DNA of 64,000 nucleotides from an uncultured Actinomycetes bacterium (lineage in GTDB: Bacteria > Actinomycetota > Thermoleophilia > Gaiellales > JAICJC01): the NCBI GenBank assembly GCA_963737445.1, contig CAVTSO010000025.1, positions 116,870 to 180,869 of the forward strand. The letters are read 5' to 3'. Of the stretch, positions 38,326 to 46,781 are shown piece by piece (the stretch's first letter is position 1; each line of letters starts with the position of its first letter). Below the pieces are notes generated by a model. It had not been told where the DNA came from. It saw only the letters and a program-made list of their open reading frames with translations, and searched no databases. The position numbers were made by a program, and so were the translations under genes.

Positions 38326-39236
38326 GCAGGTACCAGAGCGGGTGGATCGAGGTCAGCGAGGTGGAGCGCGCGCTGGCTGCGCTCCGTGCCGGCGAGGGGC
38401 ATCCCAGCGTGCGGGCGACCACGCTCAACCTGGTGGTGCGCTGCGACGGCGCCGAGCACCTCAAGATCGCCAACCGTGTGCTCGACCGGATTGGCTCCAG
38501 CCGCCCGTTGCGCGCGATGATCGTGATGCCCGCCACCGGCACCCCGCGCGCACGCGTCTCCAGCGACTGCGGCAGCGACGACCGGCACGGGGTGTTCAAC
38601 GAGCTGGTCGAGCTGCGCGGCAACCGCGTCGCGCTGCCCAGCTCGGTGACGTCGCTGGTGGTGGCCGACCTGCCGGTGTTCCTGTGGTGGCAGGGCGAGC
38701 TCCCCCCGGAGGGCGACTCGGTGCTGGAGGAGATGATCGAGATGACGACGCGGATGATCGTCGACTCCGACCAGGCCGGCATCGACGCGGTTGCCCGCGT
38801 GGACGCGATGGCCACCGGGCTGGTCGACCTGGCCTGGGTGCGCACGGGCCCCTGGCGGGAGGCGATCGCGGCGCTGTTCGACGGACGCAGCCAGCGGAAG
38901 CTGCTCGACCATCTGGTCGCCGTCGAGGTGAGCGGTCCCCGCAACCAGTCGGCGCTGCTGGCCGGGTGGCTGCGCTCGCGGCTGGGCCGGGAGGTGGGGC
39001 TGGACACGCGGCGGGCCGCGCGTGTCAACCGGGTGCGGCTGATCTGTGGCGACGAGTCGTTCCTGGTCGAGCGCTCCGGCCGAAACGAGCACGGCACTGC
39101 CAGCGGCCCGGGGCTGGCGCCGCGGACGGTGGCATTGCCCAGCTCTGCTGTTGCGCTGCTGCTGGCGGGCGAGCTCGACCGCCTCGGCGCCGAGCGGTCG
39201 TTCGAGGACGCGCTGGCGGAGGCGCAGGCGGCATGA
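38322..39236 (+). CDS. opcA: glucose-6-phosphate dehydrogenase assembly protein OpcA
   Basis: C-terminal 304 codons of track ORF 38193..39236. The GTG overlaps the zwf stop (GTGA). OpcA-like sequence (TLNLVV, LPVFLWWQGELP). The position between zwf and pgl is canonical. Confidence 0.8.
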   Translation: MSRYQSGWIEVSEVERALAALRAGEGHPSVRATTLNLVVRCDGAEHLKIANRVLDRIGSSRPLRAMIVMPATGTPRARVSSDCGSDDRHGVFNELVELRGNRVALPSSVTSLVVADLPVFLWWQGELPPEGDSVLEEMIEMTTRMIVDSDQAGIDAVARVDAMATGLVDLAWVRTGPWREAIAALFDGRSQRKLLDHLVAVEVSGPRNQSALLAGWLRSRLGREVGLDTRRAARVNRVRLICGDESFLVERSGRNEHGTASGPGLAPRTVALPSSAVALLLAGELDRLGAERSFEDALAEAQAA

Positions 39237-39904
39237 ACGCGCGCGTGCTGCCCGACACTGAGGCGCTGGCGCGAGCCTCGGCCGAGCTCGTGCTGGAGGC
39301 CGAGGCCGCTGCCGGAGAGCGATTTGCGATCTGCCTGACGGGTGGCTCCACGCCGCAGGCGACGCACCGGATGCTCGCGTCGGATGAGTACCGCGGCCGC
39401 GCCGACTGGTCGCGCTGGCACGTGTTCTTCGGGGACGAGCGGCGCGTGCCGCTGGATGATCCCCGGTCGAACTACTTCAACGCGCGCGAGTCGCTGCTCG
39501 ACCACGTGCCGATCCCCGCGGGCCAGATCCATCCCCTCACCGATGCCGATCAGTACGAGGGGCTGCTGCGAGCGTTCTTCGGCGAGGCGCCCCGCATCGA
39601 CCTGCTGATGCTGGGGATGGGGGACGACGGGCACACGGCCTCGCTGTTCCCCGGGTCGGTGTCGCTGCTGGAGGCGGAGCGCTGGGTGATCGCGCCGCCC
39701 GACGTGGTGCAGGGCATGTCGCGGCTGACGCTGACGCTGCCGGCGCTGGATGCGGCCAGGCGCACCGTGTTCCTGGTCGCGGGCGCGGCCAAGGCCGACG
39801 CGATCCGGCGTATCAGCGCGGGGGAGCAGCTTCCGGCCGGAATGGTGCAGGGCGCGGAGTGGCTGCTGGATGAGGCGGCGGCAGCGGGTCTGGCTTCAGC
39901 CTGA
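39233..39904 (+). CDS. pgl: 6-phosphogluconolactonase
   Basis: C-terminal 223 codons of track ORF 38342..39904. Its ATG overlaps the opcA stop (ATGA). FAICLTGGSTP and LMLGMGDDGHTASLFP are present. Confidence 0.85.
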   Translation: MNARVLPDTEALARASAELVLEAEAAAGERFAICLTGGSTPQATHRMLASDEYRGRADWSRWHVFFGDERRVPLDDPRSNYFNARESLLDHVPIPAGQIHPLTDADQYEGLLRAFFGEAPRIDLLMLGMGDDGHTASLFPGSVSLLEAERWVIAPPDVVQGMSRLTLTLPALDAARRTVFLVAGAAKADAIRRISAGEQLPAGMVQGAEWLLDEAAAAGLASA

Positions 39905-39920
39905 CCCTTACCAGGCGTGG

Positions 39921-40601
39921 CTATTCGCCAGGATGCGACGCGTCCGTGAACTCGCGGAACTCGCCCGACGCCAGGTAGGCCACGCGCTCGCCGATGTCGA
40001 CCGCGTTGTCTCCGATCCGCTCCATGCAGCGGGAGATCAGGATCGCGCGCAGGCCCGCCTCGCGCATCCGCTCGTCACCGCCCAGCACCATGATCCGCCT
40101 CGACAGGTCGCGGTTTTCCGCGTTGATCACTGAATCCATGATCACCAGCCGCTCCGCTCGCTCCACGTTGCGCTCGGCAAAGGCCGCCATCGCCTCGGTC
40201 GTCATCGCCTCCGCCTGCTCGCCCATCTTCTGGAACGACTCCAGCAGCTCCGATGCGATCACCAGCCCCAGCGTCAGCTTGGTCAGCTTGGCGATGTTGA
40301 CGCACTGGTCGCCCATCCGTTCGAGGTGCAGGTTCACGTGCAGAACGGCGAGGATCAGGCGCAGGTCGGTGGCCACCGGCGTCTGCAGTGCCAGCATCCG
40401 CTCCACCTCCTCCTCGATGCGAATGTAGGAGGCGTCGTTCTCGTCGTCCGCAGCGATCACCATGTCGGCCAGCTGCTCATCGCCGGCCATCAGCGCCTGC
40501 ACGGAGCGATCGAGCGCCCGCAGCACCAGGCGGCCGTGGTTCTGCAGCTCCTCCTCGACGAGATCGAGCTGCTGTTGGAAGGATTGTCGTGTGCTCGGCA
40601 T
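39921..40601 (-). CDS. phoU: phosphate signalling complex protein PhoU (paralog 1)
   Basis: Inner part of track ORF 39921..40646, with the ATG at 40601. Two PhoU repeats carry the motifs LERMGDQCVNIAK and MERIGDNAVDIGE. Confidence 0.85.
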   Translation of the reverse strand: MPSTRQSFQQQLDLVEEELQNHGRLVLRALDRSVQALMAGDEQLADMVIAADDENDASYIRIEEEVERMLALQTPVATDLRLILAVLHVNLHLERMGDQCVNIAKLTKLTLGLVIASELLESFQKMGEQAEAMTTEAMAAFAERNVERAERLVIMDSVINAENRDLSRRIMVLGGDERMREAGLRAILISRCMERIGDNAVDIGERVAYLASGEFREFTDASHPGE

Positions 40602-40651
40602 CAGCGAGAGTCTGCCAGAACCATGCCCCGAGTTGGCCCAAACCAAGCGCG

Positions 40652-40673
40652 GTTCACCGTATCTTCACCAAAC
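40652..40673 (+). promoter_or_regulatory. candidate PHO box (two 11-nt direct repeat units GTTCACCgtat CTTCACCaaac)
   Basis: Seen 65-86 nt upstream of the pstS ATG, in the divergent phoU-pstS spacer. It matches the actinobacterial PhoP direct-repeat core GTTCACC at 11-nt spacing. Confidence 0.5.
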
Positions 40674-40737
40674 AGCCACCATTCTGGACCCCCGCCAGGC
40701 GGCGCGTTGGCCGATCCTGCCGCGAGAGGCAATCGAC

Positions 40738-41814
40738 ATGGAGATGAATGGGATGCAGACAGTGAAGAAGTCCGCCGCGTTGGGTGTAGCGCTGGCTCTT
40801 GTGGCCCTGGCGGCCGCATGCGGATCGTCCGGCAGCAGCAGCGGCTCGAGTTCGGGTGGTGGCGGCAGCAACAGCAAGGTCCTGGTCGGTGCAGGGAGCA
40901 CCTTCGTGGCGCCGCTGGTGCAGACCTGGGCGGGTGCCTACGTCAAGACCCCGGCCGCCGTGACGATCACCTACGGTGCGATCGGCAGCGGCGGCGGCAT
41001 CGACCAGATCACGGCGCGAACGGTGGACTTCGGGGGAAGCGATGCCCCGATGACACCGGATCAGCTGACGGCGTGCAAGAGCTGCGTGCAGATCCCGTGG
41101 GCGCTCGGGGCGGTGTCGGTGGAGTACAACGTCAAGGGCGTGCCCGACAATCTCAAGTTGACCGGGCCGGTTCTGGCCGATATCTACCTGGGCAAGATCA
41201 GCTCGTGGAACGACCCGGCAATCGCAAACCTGAACCCGGGTGTGAGCCTGCCCAGTACGCACATAACCCCGATCTATCGCAGCGACGGCTCCGGCACCAG
41301 CTTTGCGCTGACCGACTACCTGTCGTCGGTGAGCCCGGAGTGGTCGAGTAAGGTCGGCACGTCAACCCAGCCCACCTTCCCCACCGGCACCGGCGCCGAG
41401 CACAGCTCGGGAGTGGTCGCCGCGATGCAGGCGACCGACGGTGCGATTACGTACAGCGAGGTGTCGTACGTGGCCGCCGACCACCTGAACGCTGCGCTGA
41501 TCGCCAACGCAGCCGGCAACTACGAGTCGCCGACCGAGAAAGCGATCCTCGCGGCCGCCGCAGTCGGGACGACGCGCTCGGACGGCACGATCAAGCTGGT
41601 CAACCCGCCGGCATCCGCCGCCGACGCGTATCCAGTGTCCACCTACACCTTCGTGATCGTGCCGGAGACCTCCTCGAAGGCATCTGTCCTGAAGGCATTC
41701 CTCGACTGGGCAGTCGGACCCACGGGTCAGGCCTTCGGCCCGCCCGCGTATCCGGCGCTTCCTTCGAGCGTGGCCGCGACTGCGAAGGGCCTGATCGCAA
41801 AGATCCACTCGTAA
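40738..41814 (+). CDS. pstS: phosphate ABC transporter substrate-binding lipoprotein PstS
   Basis: Inner part of track ORF 40462..41814, with the ATG at 40738 (alternative at 40753). Lipobox LAAAC, a Ser/Gly linker and PstS motifs (GAGSTFVAPL, YGAIGSGGG, RSDGSGTSF). Confidence 0.85.
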   Translation: MEMNGMQTVKKSAALGVALALVALAAACGSSGSSSGSSSGGGGSNSKVLVGAGSTFVAPLVQTWAGAYVKTPAAVTITYGAIGSGGGIDQITARTVDFGGSDAPMTPDQLTACKSCVQIPWALGAVSVEYNVKGVPDNLKLTGPVLADIYLGKISSWNDPAIANLNPGVSLPSTHITPIYRSDGSGTSFALTDYLSSVSPEWSSKVGTSTQPTFPTGTGAEHSSGVVAAMQATDGAITYSEVSYVAADHLNAALIANAAGNYESPTEKAILAAAAVGTTRSDGTIKLVNPPASAADAYPVSTYTFVIVPETSSKASVLKAFLDWAVGPTGQAFGPPAYPALPSSVAATAKGLIAKIHS

Positions 41815-41827
41815 GATGGACGAAAAC

Positions 41828-41865
41828 GTGAGCGCCGGCACCGCTTGGTTGGTGCCGGCGCTCAC
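41828..41865 (+). terminator. perfect 15-bp GC-rich stem-loop between pstS and pstC (intra-operon attenuator/terminator candidate)
   Basis: GTGAGCGCCGGCACC-gcttggtt-GGTGCCGGCGCTCAC, read directly. There is no U-tract. It starts 14 nt after the pstS stop. Confidence 0.4.
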
Positions 41866-41880
41866 GTCTGCCGGTCACTC

Positions 41881-42843
41881 ATGACAGCCGAACTTTCACC
41901 CCAATCCCTTTCGACCAGCGGCAACTTCCGGCGCCGACTGGGCGATCGCACGCTTCGTGTCATCACCGCGCTGGCCGCCCTGGCGCTGGCTGCAGTCATG
42001 GTGCTGCTGGTGTACGAGGTGGTCGACCTGGCGCGGCCCTCCATGAGCGAGTTCGGCGTCGGATTCCTGACCGGCAGCGAATGGAACGCCGTCACCGACA
42101 AGTTCGGGGCGCTCGACCTGATCTGGGGTACCCTGGCGACCTCGCTGATCGCGCTCCTGATCGCGGTGCCGATCGCGATCGCGATCGCGTTGTTCCTGAC
42201 GGAGCTGGCCCCGGGAGTGCTGAGGACGCCGGTCGGAATGCTTGTCGAGCTGCTCGCGGCTATCCCCAGCGTCGTGCTCGGCCTCTGGGGGATCGTGGTG
42301 ATGGGGCCGTTCCTGAACGACCACATCGAACCGTGGATGATCGCTCACCTGGGCTTCATCCCGTTCCTGGACGGATATCCATCCCCGGTGGGGCTGCTCC
42401 CGGCCTGTTTGATCCTGACGATCATGATCGTCCCGATCGTGGCATCGATCAGCCGCGAGCTGCTTGCGAGTGTTCCCAGCGAACTCAAGTCAGGCGCGAT
42501 GGCTCTGGGTGCGACGCGGTGGGAGATGGTTCGCAGCGTGGCGCTGCCCCAGGTCGGGGCCGGCCTGGTGGCCGGCACCATGCTCGGGTTCGCCAGGGCT
42601 GTCGGTGAGGCGATCGCGGTCACCCAGGTGATCGGTGGCTCGCTTGTACGGCCCCAGAACCTGTATGCACCGGCTGACACGATGGCCGGAAGGCTCGCGG
42701 CTCAGTACAGCGGCGCAGCCACAGCGTTGCAGAAGGCTTCGCTTGCGTATCTCGCGGTCATTCTGCTGGTGATCAGCCTAATCACGAACCTCGTGGCGAA
42801 CCTGATCGTGCGCCGGATGCGGCGCAGGCTGGGGGCACGGTGA
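41881..42843 (+). CDS. pstC: phosphate ABC transporter permease PstC
   Basis: Inner part of track ORF 41845..42843, with the ATG at 41881. Multi-TM protein with an EAA-like loop (KSGAMALGATRWEMVRSVALP). Confidence 0.85.
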   Translation: MTAELSPQSLSTSGNFRRRLGDRTLRVITALAALALAAVMVLLVYEVVDLARPSMSEFGVGFLTGSEWNAVTDKFGALDLIWGTLATSLIALLIAVPIAIAIALFLTELAPGVLRTPVGMLVELLAAIPSVVLGLWGIVVMGPFLNDHIEPWMIAHLGFIPFLDGYPSPVGLLPACLILTIMIVPIVASISRELLASVPSELKSGAMALGATRWEMVRSVALPQVGAGLVAGTMLGFARAVGEAIAVTQVIGGSLVRPQNLYAPADTMAGRLAAQYSGAATALQKASLAYLAVILLVISLITNLVANLIVRRMRRRLGAR

Positions 42844-43734
42844 GCGCCGCCGGCGACGTCAGCCTGACCGCCCAGACGCCGCGCGCACGCCGCCGCCGGC
42901 TGACCGGGCAGATCATGGAGGGCCTGGCGACCGCCGCTGCGTTGCTTGCCGTGGCCGTGCTCGCCATCGTGCTGATCTCGGTTGCTGAGGAAGGGTTTTC
43001 CCGCGCTGAACCTCGACCTCTTAACCAAGAACGCAGCGCCGTTCGGCCAGACAGGCGGCGGCATCGAAAACGCGATCATCGGCACGGTGATCATCGTCCT
43101 GATCGCGGCGGCGATCTCACTCCCGATCGGCGTGCTGCTCGCGATCTTCAACACCGAGTTCGCCCCGCAGCGGCTGGCCGATGCGATCCAGCTGACGCTG
43201 AACGTGCTGGCCGGCGTGCCCACCATCGTGATCGGCGTGTTCATCTTCAGCCTGATCGTCGTCGGCCGCGGCCAGAGCGGCTTCGCCGGCGCGCTCGGGC
43301 TCTCGATCATCATGCTGCCGTTGATCGCGCGTGCCACCGAGGAGGTGCTGCTGCTCGTGCCATCGACACTGCGCGAGGGCAGCATGGCGTTGGGCGCCTC
43401 TCGGACGCGTACGGTGCTGACGGTGATCCTGCCGACCGCCGTTGGCGGGATCGTGACGGCCACCATCGTGGCGGTGGCGCGTGCCGCCGGCGAGACGGCT
43501 CCGCTGCTCTTCACCTGCTCGATCTTCGTGAGCACCGTGGTCACGACCGACCCGCGCCAGGCGATGGCCACGCTTCCGATCGTCATCTTCAGCAGCTCCG
43601 AGTCACCTGACCCTCATGCCCAGCAGGTTGCGTGGGCGGCCGCGCTCGTGCTGATCGCGGTGGTGCTGATCGGAAGCATCGTCGGCCGGCTGTTGTCGGC
43701 GAAGACGCGACGCCAGATCGAGCGTGCTCGATGA
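42840..43734 (+). pseudogene. pstA: phosphate ABC transporter permease PstA, N-terminal TM segment separated by one frame change
   Basis: The N-terminus with TM1 lies in ORF 42840..43610 (MSAAGDV...GLATAAALLAVAVLAIVLISV). The rest lies in ORF 42982..43734 (LRKGFPALNLDLLTKN...REGSMALGASRTRTVLTVILP). The junction is near 42980. Confidence 0.7.
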
Positions 43735-43737
43735 CCG

Positions 43738-44725
43738 ATGAACTCGACGAACGATACGACCGCAAAGGCGGATGCAGGGATGCAGAGCAGTGATAAGTCA
43801 GGCATCATTGACACCATGAGCGACGATGTCCAGAGGCCCAAGAACCCAGAGTCGGAGGTGGTCGGCGAGCCGGGCCTGGCACTTGCACGGTCACAGGCCA
43901 AGCTGGCCGAGATGGCCGGCCAGCACGGCGACGTGCCCCAGTCCGGCCGGCGGGTTGTGTTCGGGCTCGAGGACGTGTCCGTGAGCTACAGCGGAACGGT
44001 GGCGATCCGCGACGTCGACATTCGACATCCACGAGAACCTTGCGACGGCGTTCATCGGCCCGTCCGGCTGCGGGAAGACCACGCTGCTGCGCAGCATGAA
44101 CCGGATGAACGATCTGATCCCGGGCGCCGAGGTCGCAGGAAGGATCACCTACCACGGGCAGGACCTGTTCGGTTCCGGCGTGGATGCCGTCGAGGTGCGC
44201 CGCCGCATCGGGATGGTGTTCCAGCGGCCGAATCCCTTCCCGAAGTCGATCTACGACAACGTCGCGTTCGGCCTGCGGATTCACGGGATGAAGGACGACC
44301 TCAGCGATCGCGTCGAGAAAGCCCTGCGCCATGCGGCGCTGTGGGACGAGGTCAAGGACCGCCTCAAGCACAGCGCGCTGTCGCTCTCCGGCGGTCAGCA
44401 GCAGCGGCTTTGCATCGCTCGGGCGCTGGCCATCGAACCGGACGTGATCCTGATGGACGAGCCGGCGTCTGCACTTGATCCGGTGGCGACGCTCGCCATC
44501 GAGGAGCTGGTCGCCGTGCTCAAGAACGACTACACGATCGTGATCGTCACCCATAACATGCAGCAGGCCGCCCGTGTCGCGGACATGACCGCCTTCTTCA
44601 GCGTCGACGCGGACGAGGCCGGCAACCGCAGCGGAGTGCTGGTCGAATCCGGGCCGACGTCGGATCTCTTCATCCGGCCGTCAGATCCGCGCACCGAGGC
44701 ATACGTCACCGGCCGATTCGGCTAG
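43738..44725 (+). pseudogene. pstB: phosphate ABC transporter ATPase PstB, frameshifted by a 7-bp tandem duplication
   Basis: The N-terminal part lies in ORF 43738..44478 up to [21 protein letters not shown] is present twice in tandem (44015-44021 and 44022-44028). Removing one copy restores [30 protein letters not shown], which continues in ORF 44096..44725 (Walker [22 protein letters not shown]). Confidence 0.8.
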
Positions 44726-44739
44726 CCGTTTCTGCCCGG

Positions 44740-45411
44740 TTACTCGAGCGCGAAGTCCTGGGATGCGTCGGTGAACTCCCGCAGCTCGCCGGAAATGAGA
44801 TAGGCCGTTCGCTCGCCGATGTCCACGGCGTTGTCACCGACTCGCTCCAGACAGCGGCCGATCACGATCACGAACAGGCCAACCTCGGCGTCCCCGACGC
44901 TGGTGACGATGTTTCGCGCGAGTCCGTAGTTCGTCTTGTTGACGAGCTGGTCCATCTGGACGAGTGACTCGGCGCTGGGCAGGTCACGTGCGCCGAACGC
45001 GCGCATCGCGACCTGGATCATCTCGTCGGCCTGCGACGCCATGATCTGCAGGTCGAGAGCGAGTTCGCCGTGCAGGCTCGCGGGGCCCATCAGCAATGAC
45101 AGCTTCGCGATGTTTACGCACTGGTCGCCGATCCGCTCCAGGTGGAGGTTGACGTGAATCATGCTGATCACGAGCCGCAGATCGACTGCCACTGGTGACT
45201 GCCTAGCCAGCAGCGACTCGATCGCCGACTCGATTCGTATGTGGATGCTGTCGATCCCGCGGTCGGAGGCGATCACGAGCCGGGCCTGCTCGTCGTCGCG
45301 ACGCAGCAACGCGTCGATGACCGTGGTCAACGAGTCGCGACACAGTCGAGCCTCGTCCTGAATGAGCGCCTCGACCTCATCCAGCTCGTGCTGAAACTCC
45401 GACCGCGACAC
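44740..45411 (-). CDS. PhoU-family protein (paralog 2)
   Basis: 223 aa. Two PhoU repeats (LERIGDQCVNIAK, LERVGDNAVDIGE). Clearly a paralog of the gene at 39921..40601. Confidence 0.85.
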   Translation of the reverse strand: MSRSEFQHELDEVEALIQDEARLCRDSLTTVIDALLRRDDEQARLVIASDRGIDSIHIRIESAIESLLARQSPVAVDLRLVISMIHVNLHLERIGDQCVNIAKLSLLMGPASLHGELALDLQIMASQADEMIQVAMRAFGARDLPSAESLVQMDQLVNKTNYGLARNIVTSVGDAEVGLFVIVIGRCLERVGDNAVDIGERTAYLISGELREFTDASQDFALE

Positions 45412-45444
45412 CGCATCAGTATACGGATATCCGGCAGAGCGACG

Positions 45445-45978
45445 TCATCCGACGGTCTCGCTGCGCCGCTCCAGCAGCAGCACGTCCCGCCACACGCCGT
45501 CGCGCCTGCCCAACCTCTCGCGCAGGCCGACGGTGCGGAATCCACAGGCCCGGTGCAGCGCGATGCTGGCGGTGTTCTCGGGGAAGGTGCCCGCCTGTAC
45601 CGTCCAAATACCTGCCGCTTCGGCTCGCCACACGAGCTGGGTAAGAAGCGCTCGGCCGACGCCGCGACCACGCGCCTTGGCTGCGACGTACACGCTGTCC
45701 TCAGCCACGCCCTGGTAGGCGCAGCGATCTGAGACCGGCGATAGAACCGCCCAGCCGATGACTACTCGGGCTTCATCGGCCACCAGCATGTGCTCGGCCA
45801 GATGGCCGGCCATGAAGCGTTCGAAGCTTGCCGGCGGTTCGGTCTCGAAGGTGGCGTCGCCGGTGGCGATCCCCTCTGCATAGATGTCCCTGACGGCCGG
45901 CCAGTGCTCGACGCGCATCGGCTCCACGGCTGGCTTGGTATCGGGCGTCGGGTGGGGGGCTGACGCGATCTCGATCAC
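45445..45978 (-). CDS. GNAT N-acetyltransferase, phosphinothricin/methionine-sulfoximine acetyltransferase-like
   Basis: 177 aa. PAT-like sequence (IYAEGIATGDATFETEPP, VYVAAKARGRGVGRALL, FPENTASIALHRACGFRTVG). Confidence 0.75.
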   Translation of the reverse strand: MIEIASAPHPTPDTKPAVEPMRVEHWPAVRDIYAEGIATGDATFETEPPASFERFMAGHLAEHMLVADEARVVIGWAVLSPVSDRCAYQGVAEDSVYVAAKARGRGVGRALLTQLVWRAEAAGIWTVQAGTFPENTASIALHRACGFRTVGLRERLGRRDGVWRDVLLLERRSETVG

Positions 45979-46175
45979 CCGGTCCTAGCCAGTTCCGGCG
46001 GCTGCACCAGCGAGTGCAGTCGCTCCATGGCCTCGAGCCGTGCCCCGCGCTTCTCCCGCTCCAACGGTCCCGCCTCCCGCAGCAGGCGCAGATGGTAGCT
46101 GACCGTCGGCGGTGCCAGCGGTGTGCAGCAGGAGATCGCCGACGAGGCCGTCTCATAAGGGCTAATATATCGATA
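45975..46175 (-). pseudogene. ArsR/SmtB-family regulator fragment with no start codon and no N-terminal helices
   Basis: Hand translation of the frame ending at the TGA at 45975-45977 (GTGA overlap with the GNAT start): YETASSAISCCTPLAPPTVSYHLRLLREAGPLEREKRGARLEAMERLHSLVQPPELARTG. This is the ArsR recognition-helix region including a Cys pair. The frame is open for only 66 codons and contains no ATG, GTG or TTG. Confidence 0.5.
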
Positions 46176-46257
46176 TCAGTAGATATTTGCCATCGTCAAT
46201 GCATACTGCTAGAACAACCGCAATACGCGTCCCGAGCAGACAAAGGAGCGAGCCGCT
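46160..46257. promoter_or_regulatory. AT-rich divergent control region with a 10-bp perfect palindrome ATATCGATAT (46167-46176)
   Basis: This is the most AT-rich stretch of the window (GCTAATATATCGATATCAGTAGATATTTGCCATCGTCAATGCATACTGCTAGAAC). It is followed by AAAGGAG and the ATG of the ArsI/CadI gene. Confidence 0.4.
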
Positions 46258-46704
46258 ATGAGCAACACCTTCCACCTCTCCCTCGACGTCCCCGACCTCG
46301 ATCGCGCGATCGCTTTCTACGAGGAGCTGTTCGGTCAGCAGCCGGCCAAGCGCAAGCCGGGCTACGCCAAGTTCGAGCTGGCAGACCCGCCGGTCGCTCT
46401 CGCCTTGCAGCAGGCCGGCCGACCTGCGTTGTCCCACCTCGGCATCCGCGTCGACACCACCGGCGAGGTGGAGGGCGCCAGCACACGGCTCAAGCAGAGC
46501 GGCCTGGTGACGCTGGACGAGCGCGACACCAGCTGCTGCTACGCCCGCCAGGACAAGGTCTGGGTGGCGGATCCGGCCGGCAACCGCTGGGAGGTTTACA
46601 CGCTGCTGGAAGACGTCGACCACGACGACCAGCACGAGCACCATGAGCCGGTCGCAGCCTGCTGCGCTCCGGTGACGGGAGAGGCGTCCACCTGCTGTGC
46701 GTGA
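46258..46704 (+). CDS. ArsI/CadI-family VOC metalloenzyme (putative organoarsenical C-As lyase or cadmium-induced protein)
   Basis: 148 aa. Glyoxalase fold (FHLSLDVPDLDRAIAFYEELFG, HLGIRV) with the vicinal Cys pair (DTSCCYA) and a Cys/His-rich tail (HDDQHEHHEPVAACCAPVTGEASTCCA). Confidence 0.7.
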   Translation: MSNTFHLSLDVPDLDRAIAFYEELFGQQPAKRKPGYAKFELADPPVALALQQAGRPALSHLGIRVDTTGEVEGASTRLKQSGLVTLDERDTSCCYARQDKVWVADPAGNRWEVYTLLEDVDHDDQHEHHEPVAACCAPVTGEASTCCA

Positions 46705-46781
46705 CCGGCCCTGTTTGACCGGCGGCTTCGGCTGATCGCCCCCGGCGGGCGCCCGCGCCCACGCTGGTAGCATCACCGGAC

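Noticed and set aside
40800-40870. GGC/AGC-rich repetitive DNA near the pstS 5' end
   Set aside because: It encodes the Ser/Gly-rich linker that follows the lipoprotein cysteine of PstS (GSSGSSSGSSSGGGGS). This is a normal low-complexity tether, not a tandem-repeat element.
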